NCBI GenBank assembly: GCA_964016885.1
Contig: OZ024754.1
Coordinates: 15,376,001 to 15,440,000 of the forward strand
Direction of reading: 5' to 3'
From: Eledone cirrhosa
Taxonomy: Eukaryota
DNA length: 64,000 nucleotides
Shown: in pieces, positions 1-14,636 of the stretch
Position numbering within the stretch: position 1 is the stretch's first letter
Layout: each line of letters starts with the position of its first letter
Translations under genes and position numbers: made by a program
The notes under the pieces: model-generated
Seen by the model: only the letters and a program-made list of their open reading frames with translations
What the model was told of the DNA's origin: nothing
Databases searched by the model: none

Positions 1-65
1 GAATCAGCAAAATAAAAACCGTAGCAAAAGTAAAGAAGGAGTTCAAGGCGGTTGATTTATCGTAG

Positions 66-969
<904 letters not shown>

Positions 970-972
<3 letters not shown>

Positions 973-1490
973 ATAGAAGGAGCTTCTACAGGACTAGTAC
1001 TGTTTCATTCAGATGAAATCTTCAGGAAGCTGGGTGTCATATTAAGTTCTGGTATTTATACATTTAGGTAGTGGTAAGGGAGGGGTGGTGGATTGGGGTT
1101 GGGGGGGGGGGGGTATTTAGATACATAGGACCACTTCATGGCACAGGCCGTTTTTTCTTTGGGGAGTGGTCAATTAGCCAGAGTGCTTTTTGAAATAAAT
1201 AAATAAGTAAATAAATAAATAAATGAATAAATAAATAGATAAATGAATAAATAAATAAAATAAATAAAAAATAAATAAATAAAAAAAAGTAATTCAACAA
1301 ATATACAGTAGGGAAATTTTTTAGGTGGGTTGGTAATAGAAATTAAACATTTAACAAGACCGAATCATGGCACAGACTGGGGTGAGTGGTCAAGTTAACA
1401 TACAAGCCACAGGTAGAATGGAAAGAATAAAATATATTTACATACTCACAACCACATACAAAAACACTTACACACACATACCTATATATA
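970..1490 (-). mobile_element. PLE 3'-terminal (pseudo-LTR) fragment, family A, short arm
   Basis: 970-1413 is the near-perfect reverse complement of 7008-7448; contains an HHR; flanked by (TA)n. Confidence 0.8.
981..1031 (-). ncRNA. Type I hammerhead ribozyme (family A)
   Basis: Minus strand AGCTTC-CTGAAGA-stem II-GAAA-CAG(TACTAGTC)CTG-TA^-GAAGCT, with perfect stems I and III. Confidence 0.85.
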
Positions 1491-2101
1491 TATATAAAAT
1501 CAATAATAATGAGTTCAAATCTCAGGCGATCATTTACAATGAAATAGCTCGAAGAAAGACTATTCTGAGCCGTGTAATATAGGTTAACTCAAATCAATAT
1601 ATTTGATAAACAAATCCTCATATTTATGTATGTATTGTAAATGACCAAGTTAGCTAGATAGAAATATACTAATAATAATATTACAGTTTGCCTATCATGA
1701 CTTAAGATAATACATCATAAATCAACAAAAACAAATTGTATTGGCAATGGCCGTGGTGCTTGGACAAATTTCAATTTCAAAATCAAACCTGTTCCGTAGA
1801 CAGGTTTAAACCTTAAAATCCAAATATGTTTCGAATAATGAAAAAGTGGAGGGAATACCGCATTTTGATCTCCTCAGCATTTGATCTCCTCTTGCTTTAT
1901 CTTCATAGACTACCAACGCTTCATGTTTGTCTTTATTTTCATTCTTGTTTTTATTTTATTTTTATCCTGTAACCTTTATATGTAAATTGCCATGCTATAT
2001 AATTTGATGAATGTCATTCCACTGTTGATCAATATGCGCATACGTTTTATGTGTCTCTTGGGTTGAAAAGGAGGTCAAGTATGTTATAGATCAGTAAATA
2101 G

Positions 2102-2150
2102 TTGCTCCGAAGAATCCAAACCTCGGTTTGGAGGAAACAATTGTAAGCAA
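2102..2150 (+). ncRNA. Type I hammerhead ribozyme (family B variant, CCGAAGA core)
   Basis: TTGCT-CCGAAGA-aTCCAAAC(ctcg)GTTTGGAg-GAAA-CAATTG-TA^-AGCAA at the end of a PLE 3' UTR fragment (~1500-2190). Confidence 0.8.
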
Positions 2151-2417
2151 ATAAATGACTTAAACTGAACTTTGATTATTGTAATCTCTATATATATATA
2201 TATGTGTGTTTGTGTGTATGTGTGTGTATATGTATATATATATATATGTGTGTGTATATATATGTATTTTATATATATATATATATGTGTGTATATATAT
2301 ATATGTATGTGCATGTATATGTATGCACATGTATATTTGTGTGTATGTATGTATGTGTGTGAGTGTATATATATGTGTATATATATGTGTGTGTGTGTGT
2401 GTATATATATATATGTA

Positions 2418-2465
<48 letters not shown>

Positions 2466-2505
2466 ATGAAATATAAGAATCAAAGAACTGTTCAAAACAT
2501 TATTG

Positions 2506-2552
2506 TGCTTACAGCTGTTTCCTCCAAACCGAGGTTTGGATTCTTCGGAGCA
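2506..2552 (-). ncRNA. Type I hammerhead ribozyme (family B)
   Basis: Exact reverse complement of 5593-5639. Confidence 0.8.
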
Positions 2553-3902
2553 ATTTATTAATGCATGGACAGTTATATGACCTCCTTTTCAGCCGAGAGA
2601 CATACCAATACATATTCAAACATTGATACATATTCAAACATTGTGGGTCAACATTCATTACAGAATTTAGAGTGGCAGTACACACTTCGAGATTACATTT
2701 ATATTAATAGGTACAATCAAAAATCAAAGATATAGGTTAAAGTACAACATGAAGATAAGTGGTTATATAGTGCAAATGTTATATGTGTGGCACGCATGTG
2801 CGTCTTGTTTATATAGTGTGGCAGAGAGATATGTGAGAAATATTATAAGCATTAAAGATAGTGCAAGCATTAAAAGTGTTATAAGTATTGGAGATGCACA
2901 GCGCAGGGATGTCAAGTAATTCATGTACTTCGGCATTTTCATGGTCAAGGGAGTGTATATTTCGATTATATGCCTTTCACATAATCCACGACCATCCAGT
3001 TAGAGATCGTAGTCTGGTGTTCTTTAGTTCGATACAGGAGGTTGTTACGTTTCGAGAAACGCCATTGAATACCGGAAGTGTGTGTGTGGCTAAGGGGAGT
3101 TAATGCATGCGGGGAGGTAACTCTAGGGTTTCTATATCTAGCCATTAAAATGTGTCCCAATATAGACCCTAAATTCTATGGTGAAGTGCACCTTCCAAGA
3201 GAGACTTTTAAAGCATAAAGTGTATTAACTATAGAGTAGTTTAACTAAGTTATGCTGAAGGTGATCATATTATTATGGTGGATTAACCCATCTTAAGGTG
3301 CTACAAATGGAAATTATAGATGATGAGCGAGGATTCTAAATTAATGATCTCTGTGGTTGTAGTCTGCTCATATGACCAGGCACGGTGATTGCAGGATTGC
3401 TTCAGGACCCAATGATCTCTGGTAAGATCTGGGTCATCGCTTGCTACATTGGATGTCGAAAGATAATTGTCCCCAGGCAGGCCAAAGGTCAATCCGCAGT
3501 CCTCGCGACCCCTCTCTGACCGTCAGATCATCCATATACGTACAACCCGCACGGCAGTTGCATTGCATTCACTCACTGCGCTCAGCAGCCCGGTCCTACT
3601 GGTCAACAGCGCTACTCGATTAAATCATTTTACATCTGTCTAAGGAAGCTGTTTCCTCTGCCCAACACCATCCAACCGATCAATTCATGCTCAAATTACC
3701 CTTAGAGCGGTGTAGTGCCGTTCAAGTGGGTGGATGTTGTCACACCTGCCGTAGAGGTATAAATGGGTATTTTCCCTGCGAAGGGTTCCAGAGGGATGTC
3801 GTTGTTTGTGTTATAATGGATCAGCTAGTGTTGGGTATGTAGTATAGGGTGTGTCTCTGGTGTTTGATGCTAGATGTGGTGTTAGGTTCCAGTCCGACAT
3901 TG

Positions 3903-5160
3903 CTATATATAGGGCTTAAAGTTTGGGAAGGAATGTCTGAGGCGGTGCTGGCAAGTTGCAAACACCTCAGATTTTTTGTTAAGTAGGTTACGGTTGGAGA
4001 AGATAATATTGTGTGTCTCTAGTATACAGAGGTTACAGAATTTATTAGGTGGTTTGTACGAGGTCGCGCTGCCTATCACTTCCCATTTGAGTGTGTATGG
4101 CTTATTTTTAGATTTTAGATAGTGTATGTAGCTAGAAAGTGAGGTGGGGTTGGCTAGGCTGTGCTTTTTGAACGAGTGGATGTGCGAGTTATATCTGATT
4201 TTGAAGCAGTTAGAAGTGGAGCCTACATAGGTTTCTGAAGAGTTATTAGTCGTGACTGTGCATGAGTATATGACATCCTTGGTTAGGCATTTTTTATCTA
4301 AAGGGCAGGTTCTATTAGCTCTACAGTTACAGTTATCCTGTGCGTTAGTCCGCTGGTTATAATGCAATGCGGAAGTCTGTGTGGTGGATATAGGATTTTG
4401 GGTGTTCGGGTTGACAACCCTGGTGTTATTACTTATACTAGTGTTATTTCTATTGTTACTGCCGTTGCTATGGTTGCTTGCTACAGTGGTATTTGGAGGG
4501 TTTGCATCCTGTTGTGATTTTGTTTGTTGGAAGTAAGAACTAATTTTACTATTATTGCTGCTAGCTATGTGGTATGCTAAGTTAGGCGTCGTAGAGTATG
4601 AGATTTTAATGGTGTTTTTGTTTAAGAGGTTGTGGTACTTGTGTCCTAGAGGGAAGTTTTTATCTAGTAGTGAGAAGAAAGCCCTAGGTATGTTGGTGGA
4701 GACATTTAGGTTGAAAGGAGGGTTGAAAAATGTATTATTTCTTCTTCTATTTTTGCTTTTAGTGTTTGGTGTGTTGCTTCCTCCTAAGGCCCCACAGTAG
4801 TTTCCATGGTAATGGTTACTTCCGGTGGCACCCTCCGCTTTGGTGTACTTGTGGTTGCTATTCCTATTATTAGATTTCCCCATGGACATGTTGTGCGAGA
4901 TGATGTTGTAGCTATGTGTTTTCTTAGGTAGGAACTCAATTTCTATATTATGGCCGGAGCTAGCTAATGCTTGATTGTAATATTGTGAGTTTTTGCTAAA
5001 TATGTTTGCGTCATAGGACAGACTAGAGATTCTATTGGACACCCCCTTAGAGATAGAGTTTAATATTGATCTAGGGTGATTAGACTTGGTATCTACGTAA
5101 ATAAGTTTCTCATTAGGCTTATGGAAAGGTGTATATATTTTTGAGTCTAGGTATAGTGTG
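3903..5160 (-). CDS. PLE ORF C-terminal part: RT thumb, linker and GIY-YIG endonuclease (5'-truncated)
   Basis: Motifs YTPFHKPN, SNHP, FFNPPF, CNCR..CPLDKKCL, VIYSC..YVGST..FKIRYNSH, CNLCILE, CQH; the first ~28 aa of the tracked ORF (to 5243) come from the inverted pLTR. Confidence 0.9.
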
Positions 5161-5592
5161 GCTCCAATACTTATAACACTTTTAATGCTTGCACTATCTT
5201 TAATGCTTATAATATTTCTCCACACACAGACTATATCAATCATATAAAGATTTTGCCACCAGATCTACCAACCTAACACTCTTATTTACCTACCTAAGTG
5301 CCTCTACCACACATATCTCTCTGCCACACTATATAAACAAGACGCACATGCGTGCCACACATATAACATTTGCACTATATAACCACTTATCTTCATGTTG
5401 TACTTTAACCTATATCTTTGATTTTTGATTGTACCTATTAATATAAATGTAATCTCGAAGTGTGTACTGCCACTCTAAATTCTGTAATGAATGTTGACCC
5501 ACAATGTTTGAATATGTATCAATGTTTGAATATGTATTGGTATGTCTCTCGGCTGAAAAGGAGGTCATATAACTGTCCATGCATTAATAAAT

Positions 5593-5639
5593 TGCTCCGA
5601 AGAATCCAAACCTCGGTTTGGAGGAAACAGCTGTAAGCA
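5593..5639 (+). ncRNA. Type I hammerhead ribozyme (family B)
   Basis: TGCT-CCGAAGA-stem II TCCAAAC/GTTTGGA-GAAA-CAGCTG-TA^-AGCA; palindromic minimal stem III. Confidence 0.8.
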
Positions 5640-5840
5640 CAATAATGTTTTGAACAGTTCTTTGATTCTTATATTTCATATAACTGCTCTGTAAATCATC
5701 TGATGTTTTTACATTGAGCTACTTAACTTACTGGTAATAAGGTAGTAATACATTACTGCCTACCACTATTTAGGGTGTGTGTAAAATACTTACAACTGCT
5801 TAAGGTTTTGTATTTACATAACCATAAATAGTATAACTAA

Positions 5841-5900
<60 letters not shown>

Positions 5901-5951
5901 ATGTGTGTGTATGTATATGTATATATTTGTTTGTGTATATATATATATATG

Positions 5952-5989
<38 letters not shown>

Positions 5990-6796
5990 TGTTTGTATAT
6001 ATATATATATATAAATATATTTATATATGTGTGTGTGTTTTTATGTGTGTATATGTGTATGTGTATGTGTGTTTATGGTTGCGCGCGAGTGTGTGAGTGA
6101 GTGTGTTTTTTTGTGAATATGTCTGTTGATTTTTGGCATATAGTTGATTAGTTTAAGAGAAGTTCGAAGTTAATTGTAAGATATGCACTCAGTATTTTGA
6201 ATCTGTCTACAGAATTCTCTAAACCTTTGTCACTTAGTAGAACCTTAATGAATTTAGCTTTTAAAGAATCTCCCTTTCCTTTAATTCTATCTACCATGAC
6301 TGACCCCCCACTGATCTTATAGATATCTGTTAGCTTAAGAGAAACTATATATATATAGATTTTTTTCTTTTTTTAAATGCATATAATGTTACCTTTCTAC
6401 ACCAACGTTTGCAAATTTCTGTCTTATATGTTTATACACTAGATATGGCTTTCTATAATAATAGTACTAAACACTGTTTTTCTGGACCCCTTTAGAAATA
6501 ACCTGCTACTATAATAGCCCTAATAACTTGTCTGTGACACTGTACTACTTTGACCCCTCTAACTAAATTTTGTCCGAACAACACCACTAGAAGAATCTAC
6601 TTCCCAGCCAACCTTAGCACGCCTCATTAAGCTAACTGCTGCCAAAACATTCTCTCTTCACAATCTCTACTAGTCTGACAGTCTTAAACCCTAAGACTCC
6701 CTCCACCTTACTCACTTCCCTCTTCCCCTTCTCTTCCTACCTCCTTCTTTATCTTTTATCTAGTGTATAAAATATTTTCATATCATTCTAATACAA

Positions 6797-6913
6797 AGGT
6801 CTGATGACATGGTGTGTTGGCTTACAGTGTACTTTCGGTTTTTGATAATATTTGTGTATTATTCAAGTAGCGAGGTATAGGTAACTCATACACTATAGAA
6901 ACAATTGTTACCT
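6797..6913 (+). ncRNA. Type I hammerhead ribozyme with ~90-nt stem II (family C)
   Basis: AGGT-CTGATGA-(cATGGTGTG...TACACTATa)-GAAA-CAATTG-TT^-ACCT. Confidence 0.65.
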
Positions 6914-7004
6914 AATAAATTCTATATACCCGCATTTCCATTTCGTAAACTTTTTCTCCATATATATATATATATATATGGAGAAAAAATGTATATATAT
7001 ATAT

Positions 7005-7522
7005 GGCCACCTGTGGCTTGTATGTTAACTTGACCACTCACCCCAGTCTGTACCATGATTCGGTCTTGTTAAATGTTTAATTTCTATTACCAACCCACCT
7101 AAAAAATTTCCCTACTATATATCTGTTGAATTACTTTTTTTTATTTATTTATTTTTTATTTATTTTATTTATTTATTCATTTATCTATTTATTTATTCAT
7201 TTATTTATTTATTTACTTATTTATTTATTTCAAAAAGCACTCTGGCTAATTGACCACTCCCCCAAGAAAAAACGGCCTGTGCCATGAAGTGGTCCTATTT
7301 ATCTAAATACCCCCCCCCCCCAATCCACCACCCCTCCCTTACCACTACCTAAATGTATAAATACCAGAACTTAATATGACACCCAGCTTCCTGAAGATTT
7401 CATCTGAATGAAACAGTACTAGTCCTGTAGAAGCTCCTTCTATAAAATAAAAAAATTTTACTCTGCCATGTATTGAGTACCTTATTTACTGTGGTTATCC
7501 CCGACTCAACCCGGGACCTACG
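7005..7522 (+). mobile_element. PLE pseudo-LTR family A, long arm with 3' tail
   Basis: Inverted partner of 970-1413 plus ~75-nt tail ending at (TA)n. Confidence 0.8.
7385..7435 (+). ncRNA. Type I hammerhead ribozyme (family A)
   Basis: AGCTTC CTGAAGA TTTCATCTGAAT GAAA CAGTACTAGTCCTG TA GAAGCT. Confidence 0.85.
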
Positions 7523-7525
7523 TAT

Positions 7526-7952
7526 ATATATATATTGGTAAACGGAATAGAAAATGCTGACAAATTGTTCACAGTTGAAAAATAGTTTAATTGGGAATAA
7601 AAGAGTATTAGTAATTGTATGGGTTAGTATTCAGTTGTGGTTTTAAGTTTTTAAGTTTTTACCGGTTGCGCATTTCTAAATGCTTTTCAAAAATAATTTT
7701 GAGATAGAGTGTCCGTGTTGATCAGAGCAAACAACACGGACACTCTATCTCAAAATTATTTTTGAAAAGCATTTAGAAATGCGCAACCGGTAAAAACTTA
7801 AAAACTTAAAACCACAACTGAATACTAACCCATACAATTACTAATACTCTCTTATTCCTAATTAAACTATTTTTCAACTGTGAACAATTTGTCAGCATTT
7901 TCTATTCCGTTTACCAATATATAATAACTTGTGTGTTACACCTCTATTCTTT

Positions 7953-7957
<5 letters not shown>
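7526..7957. mobile_element. Fold-back mini-element (family D): ~195-bp inverted arms, 11-nt loop, short tail
   Basis: Near-perfect palindrome centred at ~7726; HHR-like fold with TTGAAAA/GCAA core at 7759-7795. Confidence 0.75.
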
Positions 7958-7989
<32 letters not shown>

Positions 7990-7996
<7 letters not shown>

Positions 7997-8696
7997 CAAG
8001 GTCTAGGAAATAGAGAAAAAGTTTTAAAATAAATTGAAAAAAGTTCACTGTACTTACTATATGTGCCTTTACCGCGCGGTTTCAAATCCCTAAATAAACG
8101 GATAATCCAATCGGATTTCCATTGAGAAGCGGACTCGCTTCAGAAGGCTCTTCTCGCTCGGAGAATATAAAATTCCCGAGTTCAAATCACAAACTGACAC
8201 CATACAAAACTGTTCCCGGATGAGAGTGAATGAGGAAAGAAACAATTTTGTCTAGTGCCGTGTGTAAAGACGGAAGGCAGGGCGGACTGTTCAATGTCCT
8301 GCCACTAGAAATATCAGCGGCACTAGACAAAATTGTTTCTTTCCTCATTCACTCTCATCCGGGAACAGTTTTGTATGGCGTCAGTTTGTGATTTGAACTT
8401 GGGAATTTTATATTCTCCGAGCGAGAAGAGCCTTCTGAAGAGAGTCCGCTTCTCAATGTAAATCCGCTTGGATTATCCGTTTATTTCGGGATTTGATCCC
8501 GCGTGGTAAAGGGACATATAGTAAGTACAGCGAACTTTTTTTATTTATTTTAAAACTTTTTCTCTATTTGCTAGACCTTGATTTTATATGTTCTGGCTTG
8601 TTAATTTATTAACCTGCCATAGAACCACATTGGCATACGGTTGGATAATACTTGTATCCCTATATTTATAATGTTTACACGTAGGAACACATACTT

Positions 8697-8700
<4 letters not shown>
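7990..8700. mobile_element. Fold-back mini-element (family E) with an HHR in each arm and a 3' tail
   Basis: 7990-8260 inverted to 8318-8589; HHR CCTT-CTGAAG(A/C)...GAAA-CCGCGCGG-TA^-AAGG at 8066-8147(-) and a decayed copy at 8431-8512(+). Confidence 0.8.
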
Positions 8701-8748
<48 letters not shown>

Positions 8749-8807
8749 CAACGGTCAATTTTTAAAAGGGGTACGTCAATGTCTATTTATAAAACTGTTA
8801 TATATTG

Positions 8808-8872
8808 TATTTTGTCTGATGAAGGCATACCATAATGTAACTTAGTATCCTTGAAATATATATAATGAAATA
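8808..8872 (+). ncRNA. Hammerhead ribozyme in a family F pLTR fragment (8748-8912)
   Basis: TATTTTGT-CTGATGA-AGG...CCTT-GAAA-TATATA-TA^-ATGAAATA. Confidence 0.7.
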
Positions 8873-8931
8873 AATATGGTTTTATAAATAAAGTTTCCAT
8901 TTATTAATATCGTATATATATATATATATAC

Positions 8932-9266
<335 letters not shown>

Positions 9267-9532
9267 ATGTTGTAGTTTGCTTAAAGCATTGTGTATAATG
9301 CATAAGGTTCAAGGCTAAACAATGCGAAATTGATTGTAAGATGAGGTAACGAGAAGTAATTTACCTGGTAATCTCTGTTTTGTTTTTGAACCAGTTTTCA
9401 ACAGTGTCTATGTATAGGTAATTTGAAAGATCAAAATGTTGTTTTGAATAAACGGTAATACTAAATGAGCGGTAGACTACTGTAAGAAATACTATTGTCG
9501 TTATATTTATAGACATGTGTATATACATATAT

Positions 9533-9621
<89 letters not shown>

Positions 9622-9642
9622 TATACATATATATATATATAC

Positions 9643-9801
<159 letters not shown>

Positions 9802-9802
9802 G

Positions 9803-9870
<68 letters not shown>

Positions 9871-9896
9871 CAAAAGATGGTTAAATGAGTTCCATG

Positions 9897-9967
9897 TATT
9901 TTATTATGCGCATTTCAAAAACAAATATTATCATGCAATAACATTTGTGTTTTCATCAGATAAAATA
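9897..9967 (-). ncRNA. Type I hammerhead ribozyme
   Basis: TATTTTAT-CTGATGA-AAACACAAATG...TATTTGTTTTT-GAAA-TGCGCA-TA^-ATAAAATA. Confidence 0.8.
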
Positions 9968-10028
9968 GGAGGACATGATATGAAGGTTAAAAACACTTGT
10001 GGATAGTGCAGTTTTAAATCAACATATC

Positions 10029-10139
<111 letters not shown>

Positions 10140-10165
10140 TATGTGTGTATATATATATATACATA

Positions 10166-10267
<102 letters not shown>

Positions 10268-10273
10268 TATATG

Positions 10274-10667
<394 letters not shown>

Positions 10668-10701
10668 TATATATACACATATATATATATATATATACAC
10701 A

Positions 10702-10737
<36 letters not shown>

Positions 10738-10784
10738 CACATATATATATATATATATACACATATATATATATACATATACAC

Positions 10785-11313
<529 letters not shown>

Positions 11314-11404
11314 AAAAGAGAGAAAGAGAGAGTACGGGCAAAACGGAAAGGCCGGGAACATGAACATACGCACATTTATACTGGCATTTTTTAATGATCG
11401 TAAT

Positions 11405-11520
11405 GTTGCTGATGATGATGATGATCACGATGATGATGATGACGATGACGATGATGATGACGATGATCGTGGTGGTGGTGGTGGTGATGGTGATGGTGAT
11501 GATGATGGTGATGATGATGG

Positions 11521-11588
<68 letters not shown>

Positions 11589-11595
11589 GTGGTAG

Positions 11596-11633
<38 letters not shown>

Positions 11634-11732
11634 GTGGTAGTGATGATGATGATGATGGTGATGATGGTGGTAGTGATGATGATGATGGTGATGATGGTGG
11701 TAGTGATGATGATGATGGTGATGATGGTGGTA

Positions 11733-11764
<32 letters not shown>

Positions 11765-11915
11765 GATGATGTTGATGATGATTATAATTCTGCTACTGCT
11801 GCTGCTGCTTTATGATGATGATGATGATGAGGATGATGATGATGTTGACGATGATGATGATGGTGATGATGACGGTGACGGTGATGATGATGGTGATGAT
11901 GGTGATGCTGATGAC
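11405..11915. repeat. (GAT)n/(GGT)n microsatellite
   Basis: Direct trinucleotide repeat. Confidence 0.95.
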
Positions 11916-12153
11916 AGAAGAGACGACCTATGTCAACAGTCATTTGATACTGATGTGATTACTGATTACAATGTTAAAATAAAATTGAACAATCATCTTA
12001 GTAAAGAGGCCCGAAATATGAATACAATACAACAATGTTCTCGTTATCTCTTTGTCTCTCTACATATACACATGGCTACATATATAAATATACAGACCTA
12101 CAGACTTACATACATACTTACATGCTTACATACATATATGTATATATATATAT

Positions 12154-12559
12154 GTGGTGGCTGCCAACTCGTTTTCGAGTACGGCCACTACTTTATATCC
12201 ATGTAGGAGAACCCCCTACCGATGCGCTGAACGAGTGTGACTTTTTAGTCCAGCCAGCGACTTGAAAACTCTGGTACAAACACTACACTTGTGACAATTA
12301 TTGACACATAGTGCTGGGCTCATGGTACCATGTGACGACAAGTGCAGAGAGATCTCCAGATATAAAGCAATGCCTGTGCCGTGAAGCTTTTATAGTGAGC
12401 AAAGGCACTGCACAAAGCCAGTCCCACTCTCTTAACCAAGACGATATTTACCAAAAAGAAGAACAAGTCAACATCATTGGATACCATCAGAGTTGCAGGT
12501 GTTATATCAGAGTTTTCCTTCTCCTAGAATTCTGCATTGACAAAGGCTAAGGGGTCATA
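12154..12559 (-). mobile_element. Non-autonomous retroposon (family I)
   Basis: Highly similar to 21452-21856 and to the reverse complement of 54340-54517; non-coding. Confidence 0.7.
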
Positions 12560-12837
12560 TGTGTATATATACATGTGCATACATACACATGTATATATAC
12601 ACATATATTTTTTCACAAGTATGTGAGATTGTGTGTTGTCGACCTTAACCAGTGTTGCTCTATGATTATGAGAGACAAGATAATCGATACATACATACCT
12701 ATCTACCTACAAACCTACATACATACCATCTATGTAAAAATTCAGGACCCCGACGGCTGAGCTCCGGCCGTTTCAACAGCTAGATCCGAACTCTGGTGAG
12801 TAATGGTCTAACTGGATTTTACTGCCTCCATTCTGGC

Positions 12838-13002
<165 letters not shown>

Positions 13003-13175
13003 GTTTTATCTATATTGTCGAGTTTTCGTCGTAATCCAGTAATTGAATACTTAATCCTTGCAATTTACACCTGATGATGTCTCCGAATACAGATGCCCGC
13101 ACACACACGTATATACAATCGTAAAACAATGAAATCAATATGTAAAACAACTTGCCTTCATTATTATCATCATTG

Positions 13176-13385
13176 TTAAGGCGGTGGATTGGCAGTATCA
13201 GTATCAGTAGAGGGTCGGACGCCATGCTTTGCAGCAAAGAGTTACGGCCCTTTATGGTCTGAGTTCAAATCCCGCCAAGGTTAACTTTGCCTTTCATCCT
13301 TACGGGGTCGATAAAATAAAGTACCAGCAATTTACTGAGTAATTGCTGGCCTTGTGCCAAAAGTAGAAAGAATTATTATTATCAT
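13176..13385 (+). mobile_element. tRNA-derived SINE
   Basis: A-box-like TGGCAGTATC..., B-box GAGTTCAAATCC, body GGGGTCGATAAAATAAAGTACCAG, (ATT)n tail; more than 10 copies in the window. Confidence 0.85.
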
Positions 13386-13639
13386 TGTTAAATTAATATC
13401 TAATATAAGGTGAATAAGCTATGGGTTAGGACCACACAGCACTGCGGGGAGGGAGCACACTTTATAAAAATATATTTTTATTTGATCATTAGATTTTATT
13501 CGTTAACATTAAATCATAAGAAATCAGATATATATTATATATATATATAAAATTATATATATAACAATTATATATATAATATATATAAAATTATATATAA
13601 ACAATTATATATATAATATATATAAAATTATATATAAAC

Positions 13640-13690
<51 letters not shown>

Positions 13691-13691
<1 letters not shown>

Positions 13692-14055
13692 CTTATGGTA
13701 GCTAAGATGCTTCCATAGGCGGTATGCCGGTTGAGCACTCTATGCTCTTACAGAGCAGAGTATGATAGAATAGAAAACGAAAAATCAGTGATGCATCTGA
13801 ACTCAATTTATTGTGTGTTACAATTGTTTCGCCGGCGGATAGCTCGAGACGCGATCATTGTGTGGATCTGTCTGATTCTGAAAGAGAATATTCTCAGAGA
13901 GAATATGATCCGAAATCATTAGACGTGTCCGTCGAACCTGTGGGTCCAGAATCAGACAGATCCACGCAATGATCACATCTCGAGCTATTCGCCGGCGAAA
14001 CAATTGTAACACACAATAAATCGAGTTCAGATGCATCACTAATTTTTCGTTTTCT

Positions 14056-14060
<5 letters not shown>
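13691..14060. mobile_element. Fold-back mini-element (family J)
   Basis: Inverted arms; same family as 48262-48663; HHR-like fold with CCGTCGA core at 13925-14012. Confidence 0.75.
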
Positions 14061-14103
<43 letters not shown>

Positions 14104-14113
14104 TATATATATA

Positions 14114-14220
<107 letters not shown>

Positions 14221-14473
14221 TGTGTGTATAATATTTGGCAATATACTGTATGTTTAATTGAAAACATTTAGAAGACCATTCGCTATTAGTTTTAAAGTAG
14301 TGACTATGTCACTTACTTAATCACGGCAAAAGTAACAGAGAGTGGCCGACAGTCTGTTTCTCACCGGTTGGCGTTTAACAAAACCACACACTCCTCTGCC
14401 TTCGCCGAAAATTATAGAAATTGGATTCTTATAGAATTCCACTAATAACCAGGAGTTGATTATACAGAGCGAT

Positions 14474-14529
<56 letters not shown>

Positions 14530-14636
14530 ATAATAATAAATTTGAAGACTAAAATCCAAAGAGAGCTTGATAAGGATAAATATATATCAAATATATAAGA
14601 ACCGTAGAGCAAATATTTATTAAAATAACAGATTAA

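Larger units (their letters stand above)
2464..5845 (-). mobile_element. 5'-truncated Penelope-like element (Naiad-type) with inverted pseudo-LTR, family B
   Basis: Minus-strand RT-thumb/GIY-YIG ORF plus ~1.4 kb 3' UTR; 2464-2893 is inverted relative to 5162-5681, and the + arm carries an extra tail to 5845; (TA)n on both sides. Confidence 0.92.

Noticed and set aside
5161-5243. True N-terminus of the 446-aa ORF
   Set aside because: It is read-through from the inverted pLTR; PLE homology starts at ~5160.
11360-12206. Poly-Asp and poly-Met ORFs
   Set aside because: They are (GAT)n microsatellite with no coding context.
13064-13146. Additional HHR candidates (also near 9275, 15040, 17000 and 42911)
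   Set aside because: The core is incomplete or the stems do not pair adequately.
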